From positions 5,909-69,908 of IMG/VR virus record IMGVR_UViG_3300046455_000489: a stretch of DNA of 64,000 nucleotides; one strand, written 5' to 3'. The position numbers and the translations under genes are program-made. Of this stretch, positions 35,621-44,568 are shown piece after piece (positions within the stretch are counted from its first letter, which is position 1; every line of letters begins with the position of its first letter). Below the pieces are notes generated by a model. That model worked only from the letters and a program-made list of their open reading frames with translations, ran no database searches and was not told where the DNA came from. The stretch comes from a virus.

Positions 35621-35895
35621 GGCTGAGGCCTCCTGCAAGACAAGACCCCCGTCATGCGGGGGCGGTACGCCGTCCTTGGACCGCGTAGCCGTACTGCCAC
35701 GGCGTCGACTTGGGCTCTCCCGGTCGGTGTCCGCTCTGGGTGCGGTGAAGCACACAACGGGCCAGCGTGCGACACGAGGAAGTGATCAGCGGACCGCCGG
35801 TTGCGCAAAGGCGCCGGCCACCGGCACCCCACGGGGTGTGGGACCGCGTGGGCTCCGCGTTCGAGATCGATTTCGAGCGGACGAGGAGTCCATCC

Positions 35896-37167
35896 ATGTC
35901 GGACATGGTTCAGAGGCTGCGCGAGCGGCGTGCCAACGTGTGGGAGCAGATGAAGGGGCTCGCCGACAAGGCGGCCGACGAGAACCGTGCCTTCGAGCCC
36001 AGCGAGCAGGGCTCGTGGGACGCGATGAACGACGAGCTGGACAAGCTCGACGAGCGCATCAAGTCGGCGCTGGACACGGAGGCCCGCGCCAAGGAGGCCG
36101 ACGACGCTTTCGAGCGGCTGCACGGCCAGGGCGGTCAGGGCGGTCAGCGCGGGGGTGCTGCGGCCGGCGGGCAGGCGGCCACTCGGGGAGAGCAGCAGGG
36201 TGGCGGGGACCGTGGCGAGGAGCTGCGCTCCTTCCTGCGTGGTGAGCGCGGCCGGTTCTACGACGTCAACCCGAACGGCCCGGTCGACTACCGGTCGCTG
36301 ACGAAGGGTTCGGCGACGGCGGGCGGTAACACGGTCCCGACGTCGTTCTACGACCGGCTGATCGCGCATCTCATCGAGGTGTCCGCGATCATGCAGGCCG
36401 GGGCGACGGTCCTGAACACCAACTCGGGCGAGGTTATCCAGGTCCCGAAGACGACCGCGCACTCCAGCGCGTCCATCGTCACCGAGGGCAACACGATCGG
36501 TGCGTCGGACCCGGCGTTCGGTCAGATCCCGCTGGGCGCCTACAAGTACGGCACCATGATCCAGGTGTCGCGCGAGCTCCTGGACGACACGGGTGTCGAC
36601 CTGGAGGGCTACCTCGCCATGCAGGCGGGCCGCGCGCTGGGCAATGCCTTCGGCGCGCACGCCATGACCGGCACCGGCACCTCGCAGCCGCGCGGCGTCA
36701 TCACCGACGCCACGCTCGGCGTGACGGGCGGCACGGGCGTCACGGGCGCGTTCTCCGGGGACAACCTGATCGACCTGTTCTTCAGCGTGATCGCCCCTTA
36801 CCGGGCGTCCGCATCCTGCAAGTGGATCATGAAGGACTCGACGGTCGCCAACGCCCGCAAGCTCAAGGACACGACCGGTCAGTACATCTGGCAGCCGGGT
36901 CTGCAGGCCGGATCCCCGGACATGATCCTCGGCAAGCCGGTTCTCACCGACCCGAACGTGCCCGCGACCGCCCTGTCGGCGAAGTCCCTCGTCTTCGGCG
37001 ACTTCAGCCAGTTCTTCGTCCGCTTCGCCGGCGGCGTCCGCTTCGAGCGGTCCGATGACTACGCGTTCAACACGGACCTGGTGACTTTCCGGGCCCTGCT
37101 CCGCGCGGACTGCTCCCTCGTCGACCTCACCGGGGCGGTCAAGTTCTTCCAGGGGAATGCCGCCTGA
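35896..37167 (+). CDS. Major capsid protein (HK97 fold with delta domain)
   Basis: Coiled-coil N-terminus, GGNTVP, VSRELLDD, KLKDTTGQYIW, FGDFS. Confidence 0.95.
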   Translation: MSDMVQRLRERRANVWEQMKGLADKAADENRAFEPSEQGSWDAMNDELDKLDERIKSALDTEARAKEADDAFERLHGQGGQGGQRGGAAAGGQAATRGEQQGGGDRGEELRSFLRGERGRFYDVNPNGPVDYRSLTKGSATAGGNTVPTSFYDRLIAHLIEVSAIMQAGATVLNTNSGEVIQVPKTTAHSSASIVTEGNTIGASDPAFGQIPLGAYKYGTMIQVSRELLDDTGVDLEGYLAMQAGRALGNAFGAHAMTGTGTSQPRGVITDATLGVTGGTGVTGAFSGDNLIDLFFSVIAPYRASASCKWIMKDSTVANARKLKDTTGQYIWQPGLQAGSPDMILGKPVLTDPNVPATALSAKSLVFGDFSQFFVRFAGGVRFERSDDYAFNTDLVTFRALLRADCSLVDLTGAVKFFQGNAA

Positions 37168-37180
37168 CCTGCAAGTTTCC

Positions 37181-37215
37181 GACGCGGGGGCGGACTTCGT
37201 GCCCGCCCCCGCGTC
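37181..37215 (+). terminator. Hairpin after capsid gene
   Basis: GACGCGGGGGCGG...CCGCCCCCGCGTC. Confidence 0.7.
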
Positions 37216-37239
37216 ACCCCTCACCATCAGGAGAACCTC

Positions 37240-37458
37240 ATGGCCAAGGGCCAGCAGAGCCTCGGAAGCGACCTGGCGTGGGCGACTCGCTCCGCGCTCA
37301 CGGATCTGACCAGTGCTGTGGGTACGCCCGCGGGCGGCACGGTCGACGTGACGGGTACGCCCACCCAGACCACGGTCAACAACAACTTCGCGACGCTCGT
37401 GTCGCGCCTCAACGCCCTGACGGCCGCCCTGCGCGACGCCGGAATCATCGCCAGCTGA
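37240..37458 (+). CDS. Head fibre/decoration-like protein
   Basis: NNNFATLVSRLNALTAALRDAGIIAS C-terminus. Confidence 0.65.
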   Translation: MAKGQQSLGSDLAWATRSALTDLTSAVGTPAGGTVDVTGTPTQTTVNNNFATLVSRLNALTAALRDAGIIAS

Positions 37459-37471
37459 GGAGGGAAGATCC

Positions 37472-37780
37472 ATGCGTGTTCGCATGAAGATGGAAGTGTC
37501 GGGGGCTCGGAACGGCGTGGCATGGCCGAAGCGCGGGGAGACCTTCGACGTCTCGGACTCCGAGGGTGCCGATCTGTGCGCCTCCGGGCTCGCCGAGCCG
37601 GTCGCGGATTCCGACGGCGACGTCGAGAAGGCCGTACCCGCCGAGGACGCCGAAGAGCGGGCCTTGACGACGGAGAACTCCGCCGCCGTGACCCCCGGCG
37701 CCTCGGAGGAGAAGCCGTCCGCCTCCGCGAAGAAGACCGCCGCGAAGCGCGCCCCGGCCAAGCCCGCGGAGGGCAAGTAG
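37472..37780 (+). CDS. Virion-associated hypothetical protein
   Basis: GAGGAGG RBS; SGARNG..W..RGE..D. Confidence 0.7.
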   Translation: MRVRMKMEVSGARNGVAWPKRGETFDVSDSEGADLCASGLAEPVADSDGDVEKAVPAEDAEERALTTENSAAVTPGASEEKPSASAKKTAAKRAPAKPAEGK

Positions 37781-37782
37781 CC

Positions 37783-37890
37783 GTGGAAGAGCACGTGTTC
37801 ATCGTGACGTTGGAAGCCTCTGGCGAGGTCACTCGCGCGCAGCCTGCCGATGACGCCGCTGAGCCGGATCCCGAGGAGGTCGAGCAGTGA
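37783..37890 (+). CDS. Small protein (35 aa)
   Basis: MEEHVFIVTLEASGEVT; coupled. Confidence 0.45.
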   Translation: MEEHVFIVTLEASGEVTRAQPADDAAEPDPEEVEQ

Positions 37891-38294
37891 CCGCAGGACT
37901 CGCCCCCAGCCTCGTCTCCGGCTGGCTCAATACGCAGCGCACCACCGGCAACGGCGGCGCCGCATACAGCGCGGTCGTCGGCACGTTCGTGCAGCTGCAC
38001 ACTGGCGACCCGGGTGCGGCCGGCACCTCCAATGTCAGCGTCGGCTCCACCACGCGGAACTCGTTCGTGTTCTCCAGCTCGTCGTCGGGGTCGGCGCTGT
38101 CGCTGGGCACTCCGCCATCGGCGTGGACGAACGGCGGCACGTCGGAGACGCTCACCCACATCTCCGTGTGGACAGCGTCGACGTCCGGGACCTTCCTGTT
38201 CTCCGTGGCGCTGACAGTCAGCAAAGCTTGGGCCTCGGCAGACACGTTCACTTTGCAGTCTTTGTCTGCAAGCCTGTCGCCGCAAGCCGCTTGA
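37887..38294 (+). CDS. Minor structural protein
   Basis: VQLHTGDPGAAGT...THISVW..STSGTFL. Confidence 0.75.
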   Translation: MTAGLAPSLVSGWLNTQRTTGNGGAAYSAVVGTFVQLHTGDPGAAGTSNVSVGSTTRNSFVFSSSSSGSALSLGTPPSAWTNGGTSETLTHISVWTASTSGTFLFSVALTVSKAWASADTFTLQSLSASLSPQAA

Positions 38295-38309
38295 TTTAGA
38301 CTTAGAGGT

Positions 38310-39410
38310 ATGGCGGAAGAGCGACGGCAACGAGGAACTCCATTCAGTGCAGAGCAAGTTGCGGACATGGTCCGCCGGTACGAGGCGGGCGAGACGAATC
38401 GCGCGATCGGCAAGGTGTACGCATGCGGCAAAGACCGCGTGGCGAAAGTCATCAAAGCTGAGGGCGTATACCAAGGCCGGGCCCGCTTTCGCGCTCTGAA
38501 TGAAACGCAGAAGCAAGAGGCTCTGCAGCGGTATGAGGCTGGCGAGTCGGCCCGTTCGATCAGTCTCTCGATGGGCTGCAAGAGCGCGAAGCCCGTGGAG
38601 GCACTGCTCAAGGCTGAAGGCGTGTACCGCCCTAGGCTCTTCGAGGGCTTCACTTCCGGGGAAGAAGACGACCTCGTCACACGATACGAAGCTCGTGAGT
38701 CAGTCGAGAGCTTGGCCCGAAGTTACGACTGTGGGCGTGGGCCGGTGGTGACCATCCTCAGACGCCGCGGCGTCTACAAGGCTCAGCGCTACCAAGGATT
38801 CACCCCAGAAGAGAGGGACCGTATCGTTGCGGGCTATCGCGACGGCGTAACCCCCGCAGCTCTCGCCCGTGAGTTTAAATGTGCTCACGAAACGATTGAT
38901 CGAATGCTTCAGCGGCTGGGTGAGTGGAAGACCCCGACGGCGCTTGAGCGGGTCGGGTCGCGCTTCACGATGGATCAGAAGCGCGAGATGGTCGCCCTCT
39001 ACGAGGCTGGGGATAGCATCTATAAGATCGGTAAGAGCTTCGGTGCGATCCCCCAGTCGATCTGGAGCATCCTTCGGGCCGCCGACGTTCAGTTCCGTGA
39101 CAAAGCGTGGCGCGGTGGCCGAGTTGGGGCGTCGGGTGGATACATCGCGGTAGCGGCTGACCCCGATGATCCGATCGCGTCATCCATGGCCACCGTCACG
39201 GGCTACGTACTTGAACACAGGCTCGTGATGGCGAAGTCGCTCGGACGACCCCTGACCCGCCACGAGACGGTGCATCACATCAACGGTGACAAGCGGGATA
39301 ACCGCCTGGAGAACCTCCAGCTTCGTAACGGCAATCACGGCAAGGGCGTTCGGCTCGCCTGCTTGGACTGCGGATCGCACAACGTGGCTGCCGCTCCTCT
39401 GACTCCGTAG
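38310..39410 (+). CDS. Free-standing HNH homing endonuclease with five tandem HTH repeats
   Basis: EHRLVM...VHHINGDKRDNRLENL; 5x (F/L)..E/Q....RYEAG-type HTH; lower GC3. Confidence 0.85.
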   Translation: MAEERRQRGTPFSAEQVADMVRRYEAGETNRAIGKVYACGKDRVAKVIKAEGVYQGRARFRALNETQKQEALQRYEAGESARSISLSMGCKSAKPVEALLKAEGVYRPRLFEGFTSGEEDDLVTRYEARESVESLARSYDCGRGPVVTILRRRGVYKAQRYQGFTPEERDRIVAGYRDGVTPAALAREFKCAHETIDRMLQRLGEWKTPTALERVGSRFTMDQKREMVALYEAGDSIYKIGKSFGAIPQSIWSILRAADVQFRDKAWRGGRVGASGGYIAVAADPDDPIASSMATVTGYVLEHRLVMAKSLGRPLTRHETVHHINGDKRDNRLENLQLRNGNHGKGVRLACLDCGSHNVAAAPLTP

Positions 39411-39435
39411 ACGCGGCCCTGGCAGGGAGGCCGTC

Positions 39436-40632
39436 ATGACGACCTTCACCGACGACTTCAACCGGTCCAACGGCGCCCCTGGAGCCAACTGGGTTGACGC
39501 GACCGGCCTCTGGGCCATCGTCTCCAATCAGCTCTCGTCGGGGACCGTGGGCGGCACGATCGTCATCCGTGCCGCCACCACGATGGCCACGAACGACAAC
39601 TCGGCGCAGGTCACGATCGCCGCCACCGCAGCCGTCAGCCACGGCATCTGGTGCCGCGGCAATACGGGCTTCACGCAGGGCTATCTCTGGCGCAACGACG
39701 GCAGTAGCTGGACGTTGTTCTCGGTCGTCGGCGGGTCGTTCACCTCGATCGGCTCCTTCGCGGCAGCAGCCGTCGCGGGCGACGTCGTGAAAGTCCAGGC
39801 AGTCGGCTCTACGATCAAGGGTTTCGTCAACGGAGTCGCCCGCGTCACCGTCACCGACACCGCCGTGACTACCGGCACCAGCGTCGGACTCAGGGCCGAA
39901 TCCACCAACTCGCTCCGTTTTGACGACTTCACCGCGGCGGACGTCACCTCCGGCGCCACAGGCGACGCCGCACTCGCGGGTACGGCCTCCCTGTCTGCCA
40001 GCGGCGTGCGGGCCACCAGCGGCGCCTCTTCGCTGGCCGCGACAGCAGGCCTGACGGCCTCGGGCCAGCGGGCTACGACGGGCGATGCCGCTCTGGCGGC
40101 CTCGGTCGGACTTACTGCGAGCGGCCAGCGGGCCACTACCGGCAACGCGGGACTGACCGCCACGGCGGGCCTGACAGCCGACGGTGTGCGCGCCGCAGCG
40201 GGAGCCGCGAGCCTGTCGGCCACCGCAGGCCTGACGGCAGACGGTGTTCGAGGTGCGTCCGGAGTGGCCGCCCTCGCCGTGTCGGCGTCGCTGTCAGCCG
40301 CCGGTGTGGTGGTCACCAGCGGTACGGGCGACGCGGCGATAACCGCAACCGCGACCCTCGCCGCAGCGGGCTCGGTCGCCCGCCGCCTCGACGCATCACT
40401 CACCGGCACGGCCGCCCTGGTGGCCGCCGGAGCGATCGGGGCCGCATCCGGAGGCAGCCTGGCCGTCATTGCAGGCCTCCACGCCTCCGGGCAGGTCGCC
40501 GGCGCGATCGTCCGTGGCAGTGCGCGGCGAGCAGCAGGGGTCCAACCCGGCGCCCGTCGTGGAGAGCCGGTCGGACCCCAGACGCGGCGCGCAAAGCCGA
40601 CCGTACCGACAGCGAGGGGAGGAGCCCAGTGA
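39436..40632 (+). CDS. Structural protein with beta-sandwich N-domain and 20-aa Ala/Thr/Gly repeats
   Basis: FTDDFNR...FDDF; repeats like ATTGDAALAASVGLTASGQR. Confidence 0.75.
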   Translation: MTTFTDDFNRSNGAPGANWVDATGLWAIVSNQLSSGTVGGTIVIRAATTMATNDNSAQVTIAATAAVSHGIWCRGNTGFTQGYLWRNDGSSWTLFSVVGGSFTSIGSFAAAAVAGDVVKVQAVGSTIKGFVNGVARVTVTDTAVTTGTSVGLRAESTNSLRFDDFTAADVTSGATGDAALAGTASLSASGVRATSGASSLAATAGLTASGQRATTGDAALAASVGLTASGQRATTGNAGLTATAGLTADGVRAAAGAASLSATAGLTADGVRGASGVAALAVSASLSAAGVVVTSGTGDAAITATATLAAAGSVARRLDASLTGTAALVAAGAIGAASGGSLAVIAGLHASGQVAGAIVRGSARRAAGVQPGARRGEPVGPQTRRAKPTVPTARGGAQ

Positions 40633-41432
40633 TCGACCTCGGAGCCGTCTATCAAGTGGCCGTCGACGTTGCCGACGCTTCGGGAGCTCCCGCGGACCCG
40701 TCCTCTGCTGACCTCACGATCATCCTGCCGGACGGGACCACGGTCAGCCCCGGCGTCCCGGCACCGTCGACCACCGGGCAGGTCCGCGTCGACTACGTGA
40801 CCGTCCAGGCGGGCCGTCACGTGTGGCGGCTCGTCACCAGCGGGCCCACCACCGCGTTCGCGGATGTCTTCGATGTGCAGCCTGCGATGCCGGTCGGCAT
40901 CGTGTCGCTGGCGGACGCGCGTGCCCAGCTGAACATGGGGGCGTCGGAGATCGCTGACGACGATGAGCTCCGCGGCTTCATCGCGGCGGCGACGGGGGCG
41001 GTCGAGCGGGCGCTCGGCCGAGTCGTGGTGCGGCGCACGATTGTCGAGCGGCATCAGATCGGCCGGGCCAGCGAGGTTCTGCTTCGCGAGGTGCCGGTGC
41101 TGTCGCTGACGTCGGCGGCGACAGCGGACGGATCGACGACGTGGAACACGGCGAACCTGCGAGTCGACGGCGAGACGGGCCTATTGAAGGTCACCTCCGG
41201 CGAACTGCTCGCGGGCGACGTGGACTTTACGTACCAGGCGGGCGAGGTCGTCATCCCGGATGACTACCGGCTCGCAGCCCTGATCATCATCGAACATCTG
41301 TGGGAGACGCAGCGCGGCACGATGGGTGTGCAGCTGGGCGGCGACAGTGAGGCGTACACGCCGGGCCGCGGCTTCGCGATCCCACGCCGGGCCCTTGAGC
41401 TCCTCGATCCGCCTTTGCCGGGGGTGGCGTAG
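40629..41432 (+). CDS. Head-tail connector with N-terminal Ig/BppU-like domain
   Basis: IVSLADARAQLN...DDDELRGFIAAAT...HLWETQRG. Confidence 0.8.
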   Translation: MIDLGAVYQVAVDVADASGAPADPSSADLTIILPDGTTVSPGVPAPSTTGQVRVDYVTVQAGRHVWRLVTSGPTTAFADVFDVQPAMPVGIVSLADARAQLNMGASEIADDDELRGFIAAATGAVERALGRVVVRRTIVERHQIGRASEVLLREVPVLSLTSAATADGSTTWNTANLRVDGETGLLKVTSGELLAGDVDFTYQAGEVVIPDDYRLAALIIIEHLWETQRGTMGVQLGGDSEAYTPGRGFAIPRRALELLDPPLPGVA

Positions 41433-41621
41433 ATGGGCCGTGAGATCCGTCGGGTCGAGGTAGCGGCGGTCTGCTTCGTCTCGCGCCACAACTCCAAGCA
41501 GGATGACATTGACGACGCCTTGGTTGAGGAGATGCGGCAGCGACTGCAGGAAGTAGCCCGCCCCATCTTCGATGACCCCCGCTACAAGGGAGTCATCGGC
41601 TACACGGAGGGGATCGAGTAA
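41433..41621 (+). CDS. Small inserted hypothetical protein
   Basis: Abuts both neighbours. Confidence 0.55.
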   Translation: MGREIRRVEVAAVCFVSRHNSKQDDIDDALVEEMRQRLQEVARPIFDDPRYKGVIGYTEGIE

Positions 41622-42082
41622 TGGCCTGGTCGTCCAAGCTCCCGGCCGCGATGGATGCTCTCGTGGCAGCTTTCGTCGCCTGGCCGGGCCTGGAAGGCGT
41701 GACGGTGCGGGACGGGCCGTCGACCTCACAGGCGTCCGTGCAGGAGATCGTGTCCGTCGGCTACACAGGCGGCGAGAATGAGACCGACGCCGAGTCCACG
41801 CTGATGACCGAGGGCCTCGGCGGAACCGTGGACCGCGAGCAGTTCATCATCCGCTGCGCCACCGCAGTCCTGGTCGGCGGGGACGGCGTTGCTGGCGCCC
41901 GGCGACGCGCGTATGAGCTGCTCACCGAGGCCGGGGCCGCCATCGCGGCGAACCGGCAGCTCGGCGGCAGCGTCATGCGGGCGATGATCGCAGCGCACGC
42001 CCTGACGATGGACCAGACGGCCAAGGGTGCGCAGGCCGTCGTCGTGTTCGAGGTGTCCTGCGACGCCTACAGCGGCGCCTAG
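41621..42082 (+). CDS. Tail terminator/completion-like protein
   Basis: Position in morphogenesis operon; VTVRDGP. Confidence 0.65.
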   Translation: MAWSSKLPAAMDALVAAFVAWPGLEGVTVRDGPSTSQASVQEIVSVGYTGGENETDAESTLMTEGLGGTVDREQFIIRCATAVLVGGDGVAGARRRAYELLTEAGAAIAANRQLGGSVMRAMIAAHALTMDQTAKGAQAVVVFEVSCDAYSGA

Positions 42083-42318
42083 GAATCCTCCTCCTTGGCC
42101 CGCGCATTCCGGGCCCCCTGGATGACGCCGAGGCCGATGTTCTTCGCCAGCCACGCCACGACCCGGTATATGCAGGCGACCGTCGTCAGCGTCACCGCCG
42201 CATAGCCGATGCCCAGCAGGACGAGAAGCACCAGCCCGCCCCAGCTCTTCCAGTGCGGCTCCATCAGGTGCCAGCCCCATTCGGGCACGTCCACGAACCA
42301 CCAACGCAGGACAGTCAT
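42079..42318 (-). CDS. Antisense small Trp-rich membrane protein
   Basis: MTVLRWWFVDVPEWGWH...TM segment; fills the gap between two + genes. Confidence 0.55.
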   Translation of the reverse strand: MTVLRWWFVDVPEWGWHLMEPHWKSWGGLVLLVLLGIGYAAVTLTTVACIYRVVAWLAKNIGLGVIQGARNARAKEEDS

Positions 42319-42372
42319 GCGCGGATCGTCCTCGCGTGCTGATGACACGTCAATCAGAACAGGAGTACGCGG

Positions 42373-42714
42373 ATGACCGCGCTCGTCACCCAAGTCGTCC
42401 CGAATGTGGGCGTCGACATCTCCACCTCGCTCGTCGCGGCCACCAACGGCGATACGGCCGCATGCGGATCCGGCACGTTCCTGCTCGTCAAGAACGCCAG
42501 CGGCGCCGGTATCACCGTCACGATCGCCACGCCCGGCGTCGTCGACGGCCGGCTCGCCATCGCGGACAGCACGTCGCCGTCCATCGCGCTGACGAGCGGG
42601 CTGGGTCTCATCCCGCTGATCTCCAGCCTGTACGCGGACCCGACGACGGGCCTGGCGACGATCACCTACTCGGCCACCTCCTCGGTGACCGTCGCGGTGG
42701 TGAGGGTCCCGTGA
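42373..42714 (+). CDS. Structural protein
   Basis: AGGAG RBS; FLLVKNASG..ITVTI.TPG. Confidence 0.75.
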   Translation: MTALVTQVVPNVGVDISTSLVAATNGDTAACGSGTFLLVKNASGAGITVTIATPGVVDGRLAIADSTSPSIALTSGLGLIPLISSLYADPTTGLATITYSATSSVTVAVVRVP

Positions 42715-43004
42715 GCACCGTCGTACTGCGTCACCCCACCCTGCCGCCCGCGCAGGAAATCGAAGTCGACGCCGCCGCCCTGCCGCACTACACGGGCGCT
42801 GGCTGGCAGCAGGTGCCCGCCGAGGAGCTGCAGCAGCGGGCCGAGTTGAAGGCGCAGGCCGACGCGGAGGCCGCCGCAACTGCCGCGGGCGAGGTCTCCG
42901 AGCCCGTCGACGAGCCGGAGCAGTCGGAGCCGGCTGAAGTCCCCACCGAGAAGCCGGCGCGATCGCGCGTCAAGGCGTCCGAGAAGAAGACCGAGGAGAG
43001 CTGA
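42711..43004 (+). CDS. Hypothetical virion-associated protein
   Basis: LRHPTLP...HYTGAGW; coupled. Confidence 0.65.
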   Translation: MSTVVLRHPTLPPAQEIEVDAAALPHYTGAGWQQVPAEELQQRAELKAQADAEAAATAAGEVSEPVDEPEQSEPAEVPTEKPARSRVKASEKKTEES

Positions 43005-43006
43005 CC

Positions 43007-43486
43007 ATGGTCGCCACGCCGATCGCTGCTACGTCCCGCTACATCCCGCCGGGTACGACCCGCTACTACTGGGTCGCGACCATCGCGAACAAGAACTCAC
43101 CGACCAGGTCGGAGCTGAACGCCGGTTCGGACCTCACGGCTGAAGTCGCCGCCGTGAGCGGCTTCGCGACCAACTCGGACCAGCAGGACACCCCGGACCT
43201 GGGCTCCCGGTTCGTCTCGAAGATCCCGGGCCGCATCACGGCCGACGACTCCAGCATCACGCTGTACATGTCGTCGACGTCGTCGGACGTGCGGACGCTG
43301 CTGACGCGCGATACGGCTGGGTTCATCTGCATCTTCCCCGAGGGTGACACCGCGGGCCTCAAGTACGACGTGTTCCCCGTCAAGGTCACCGGTCAGCCGA
43401 AGGCGCGTGACGTCGAGAACCCGGCGCAGATCACCATCCAGTTCTCGGTGACCAGCATCCCCGTCGAGAACATCACGGTGCCGTAA
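43007..43486 (+). CDS. Major tail (tube) protein
   Basis: PTRSELNAGSDLT...TPDLGSRF..KIPGR...DVFPV. Confidence 0.85.
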   Translation: MVATPIAATSRYIPPGTTRYYWVATIANKNSPTRSELNAGSDLTAEVAAVSGFATNSDQQDTPDLGSRFVSKIPGRITADDSSITLYMSSTSSDVRTLLTRDTAGFICIFPEGDTAGLKYDVFPVKVTGQPKARDVENPAQITIQFSVTSIPVENITVP

Positions 43487-43965
43487 TGCCCGGGGAGTGG
43501 GGGCTGCGCCACGGGGATGACCTGCGGCGCGTCTCTCGCGAGCTGCGCGGGATGGACAACAAGGAGATCAAGAAGCGGTTCACCAAGGAATTGCGGGCAG
43601 CCGCCAAGCCGCTCGTCCCCGTGGTCCGCAACTCGATCCGCTCGATCCCGTCAAAGCGCGCCTACAGCCCGACCGGGCTGCGGGGGAACCTGGCCCGCGC
43701 CACGAAGCTCGAAGTCCGCACCGTCGGACGCCAGGCCGGTATCGCGATCCGTGTCGACGGCCGCAAAATGCCCAGCCACATGAAGGGCCTCCCGAAGGCA
43801 GTGGAGGGCACCAAGCGGTGGCGCCACCCTGTCTTCGGCAACCGCGACGTGTGGGTCACCCAGCCGAAACAGCCCTACTTCTTCCACGTCGTGCGACCCC
43901 TCGGCCCGGCCTCCCGCAGGGCCGTCAACCGCGTCCTCGACGGCATCACCAAAGACATCCGCTAG
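43486..43965 (+). CDS. HK97 gp10-like basic tail protein
   Basis: LRAAAKP...RHPVFGNR..WVTQ..PYF. Confidence 0.75.
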   Translation: MPGEWGLRHGDDLRRVSRELRGMDNKEIKKRFTKELRAAAKPLVPVVRNSIRSIPSKRAYSPTGLRGNLARATKLEVRTVGRQAGIAIRVDGRKMPSHMKGLPKAVEGTKRWRHPVFGNRDVWVTQPKQPYFFHVVRPLGPASRRAVNRVLDGITKDIR

Positions 43966-43973
43966 GAGAAACC

Positions 43974-44438
43974 ATGGCCCTGTCCGACGACATCCTCGCC
44001 GAAGACGACATCGAGGTCGAAGCCGTCGACATCCCCGAGTGGCACCGCAAGCTGTGGATGCGAGGCCTGACCGGTGAGGAGCGCGACGCCTACGAGTCGT
44101 CGCGACGCCAGGTCCGCAACATGGGCACCCCGCAGCAGGAACTGATCCTGATCAACGACAACATGCGCGCCAACCTGATCGTGAAGTGCCTGGTCGACGA
44201 GAACCGGGAGCGCATCTTCACCGACCGGCAGGCGCCGGCCCTGGGGCAGAAGAACGGCAAGGTGCTTGACCGCCTCTTCGATGTCGCTGCCCGGCTGTCC
44301 GGTCTTACCGACGAAGAGGCCGAGCAGATCGAGGGAAACTCCGAAGCCGTCCAGAGCGACGGCTCTACTTCGTCCTCGCCCGAGACCTCGGATGCACCGT
44401 CCGGGAACTCCTACGGCGGGTCAGTTCCCGCGAACTGA
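43974..44438 (+). CDS. Tail assembly chaperone (G)
   Basis: VDIPEW...RGLTG.ERD.YE...LSG; precedes tape measure. Confidence 0.85.
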   Translation: MALSDDILAEDDIEVEAVDIPEWHRKLWMRGLTGEERDAYESSRRQVRNMGTPQQELILINDNMRANLIVKCLVDENRERIFTDRQAPALGQKNGKVLDRLFDVAARLSGLTDEEAEQIEGNSEAVQSDGSTSSSPETSDAPSGNSYGGSVPAN

Positions 44439-44539
44439 CCGAGTGGGAAGCGTTCTACCGCATCGAGAACGAGGAACGCGAAGCCGCCGACAACGAGGCA
44501 ATCGAAGGCGACAAGCGCAGCAACCGCAACTGGCCCTGA
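44333..44539 (+). CDS. -1 frameshift extension of tail chaperone (G-T)
   Basis: Slippery GGGAAAC at 44333-39; -1 frame LRSRPERRLYFVLARDLGCTVRELL...ELTEWEAFY to TGA 44539. Confidence 0.8.
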   Translation, partial: GKLRSRPERRLYFVLARDLGCTVRELLRRVSSRELTEWEAFYRIENEEREAADNEAIEGDKRSNRNWP

Positions 44540-44568
44540 CCGACCACCCGTGAGTGAGGGGAGGCGTC

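Noticed and set aside
44333-44339. Tail chaperone -1 frameshift as a novelty
   Set aside because: Real but standard for long-tailed phages; listed as a feature only.
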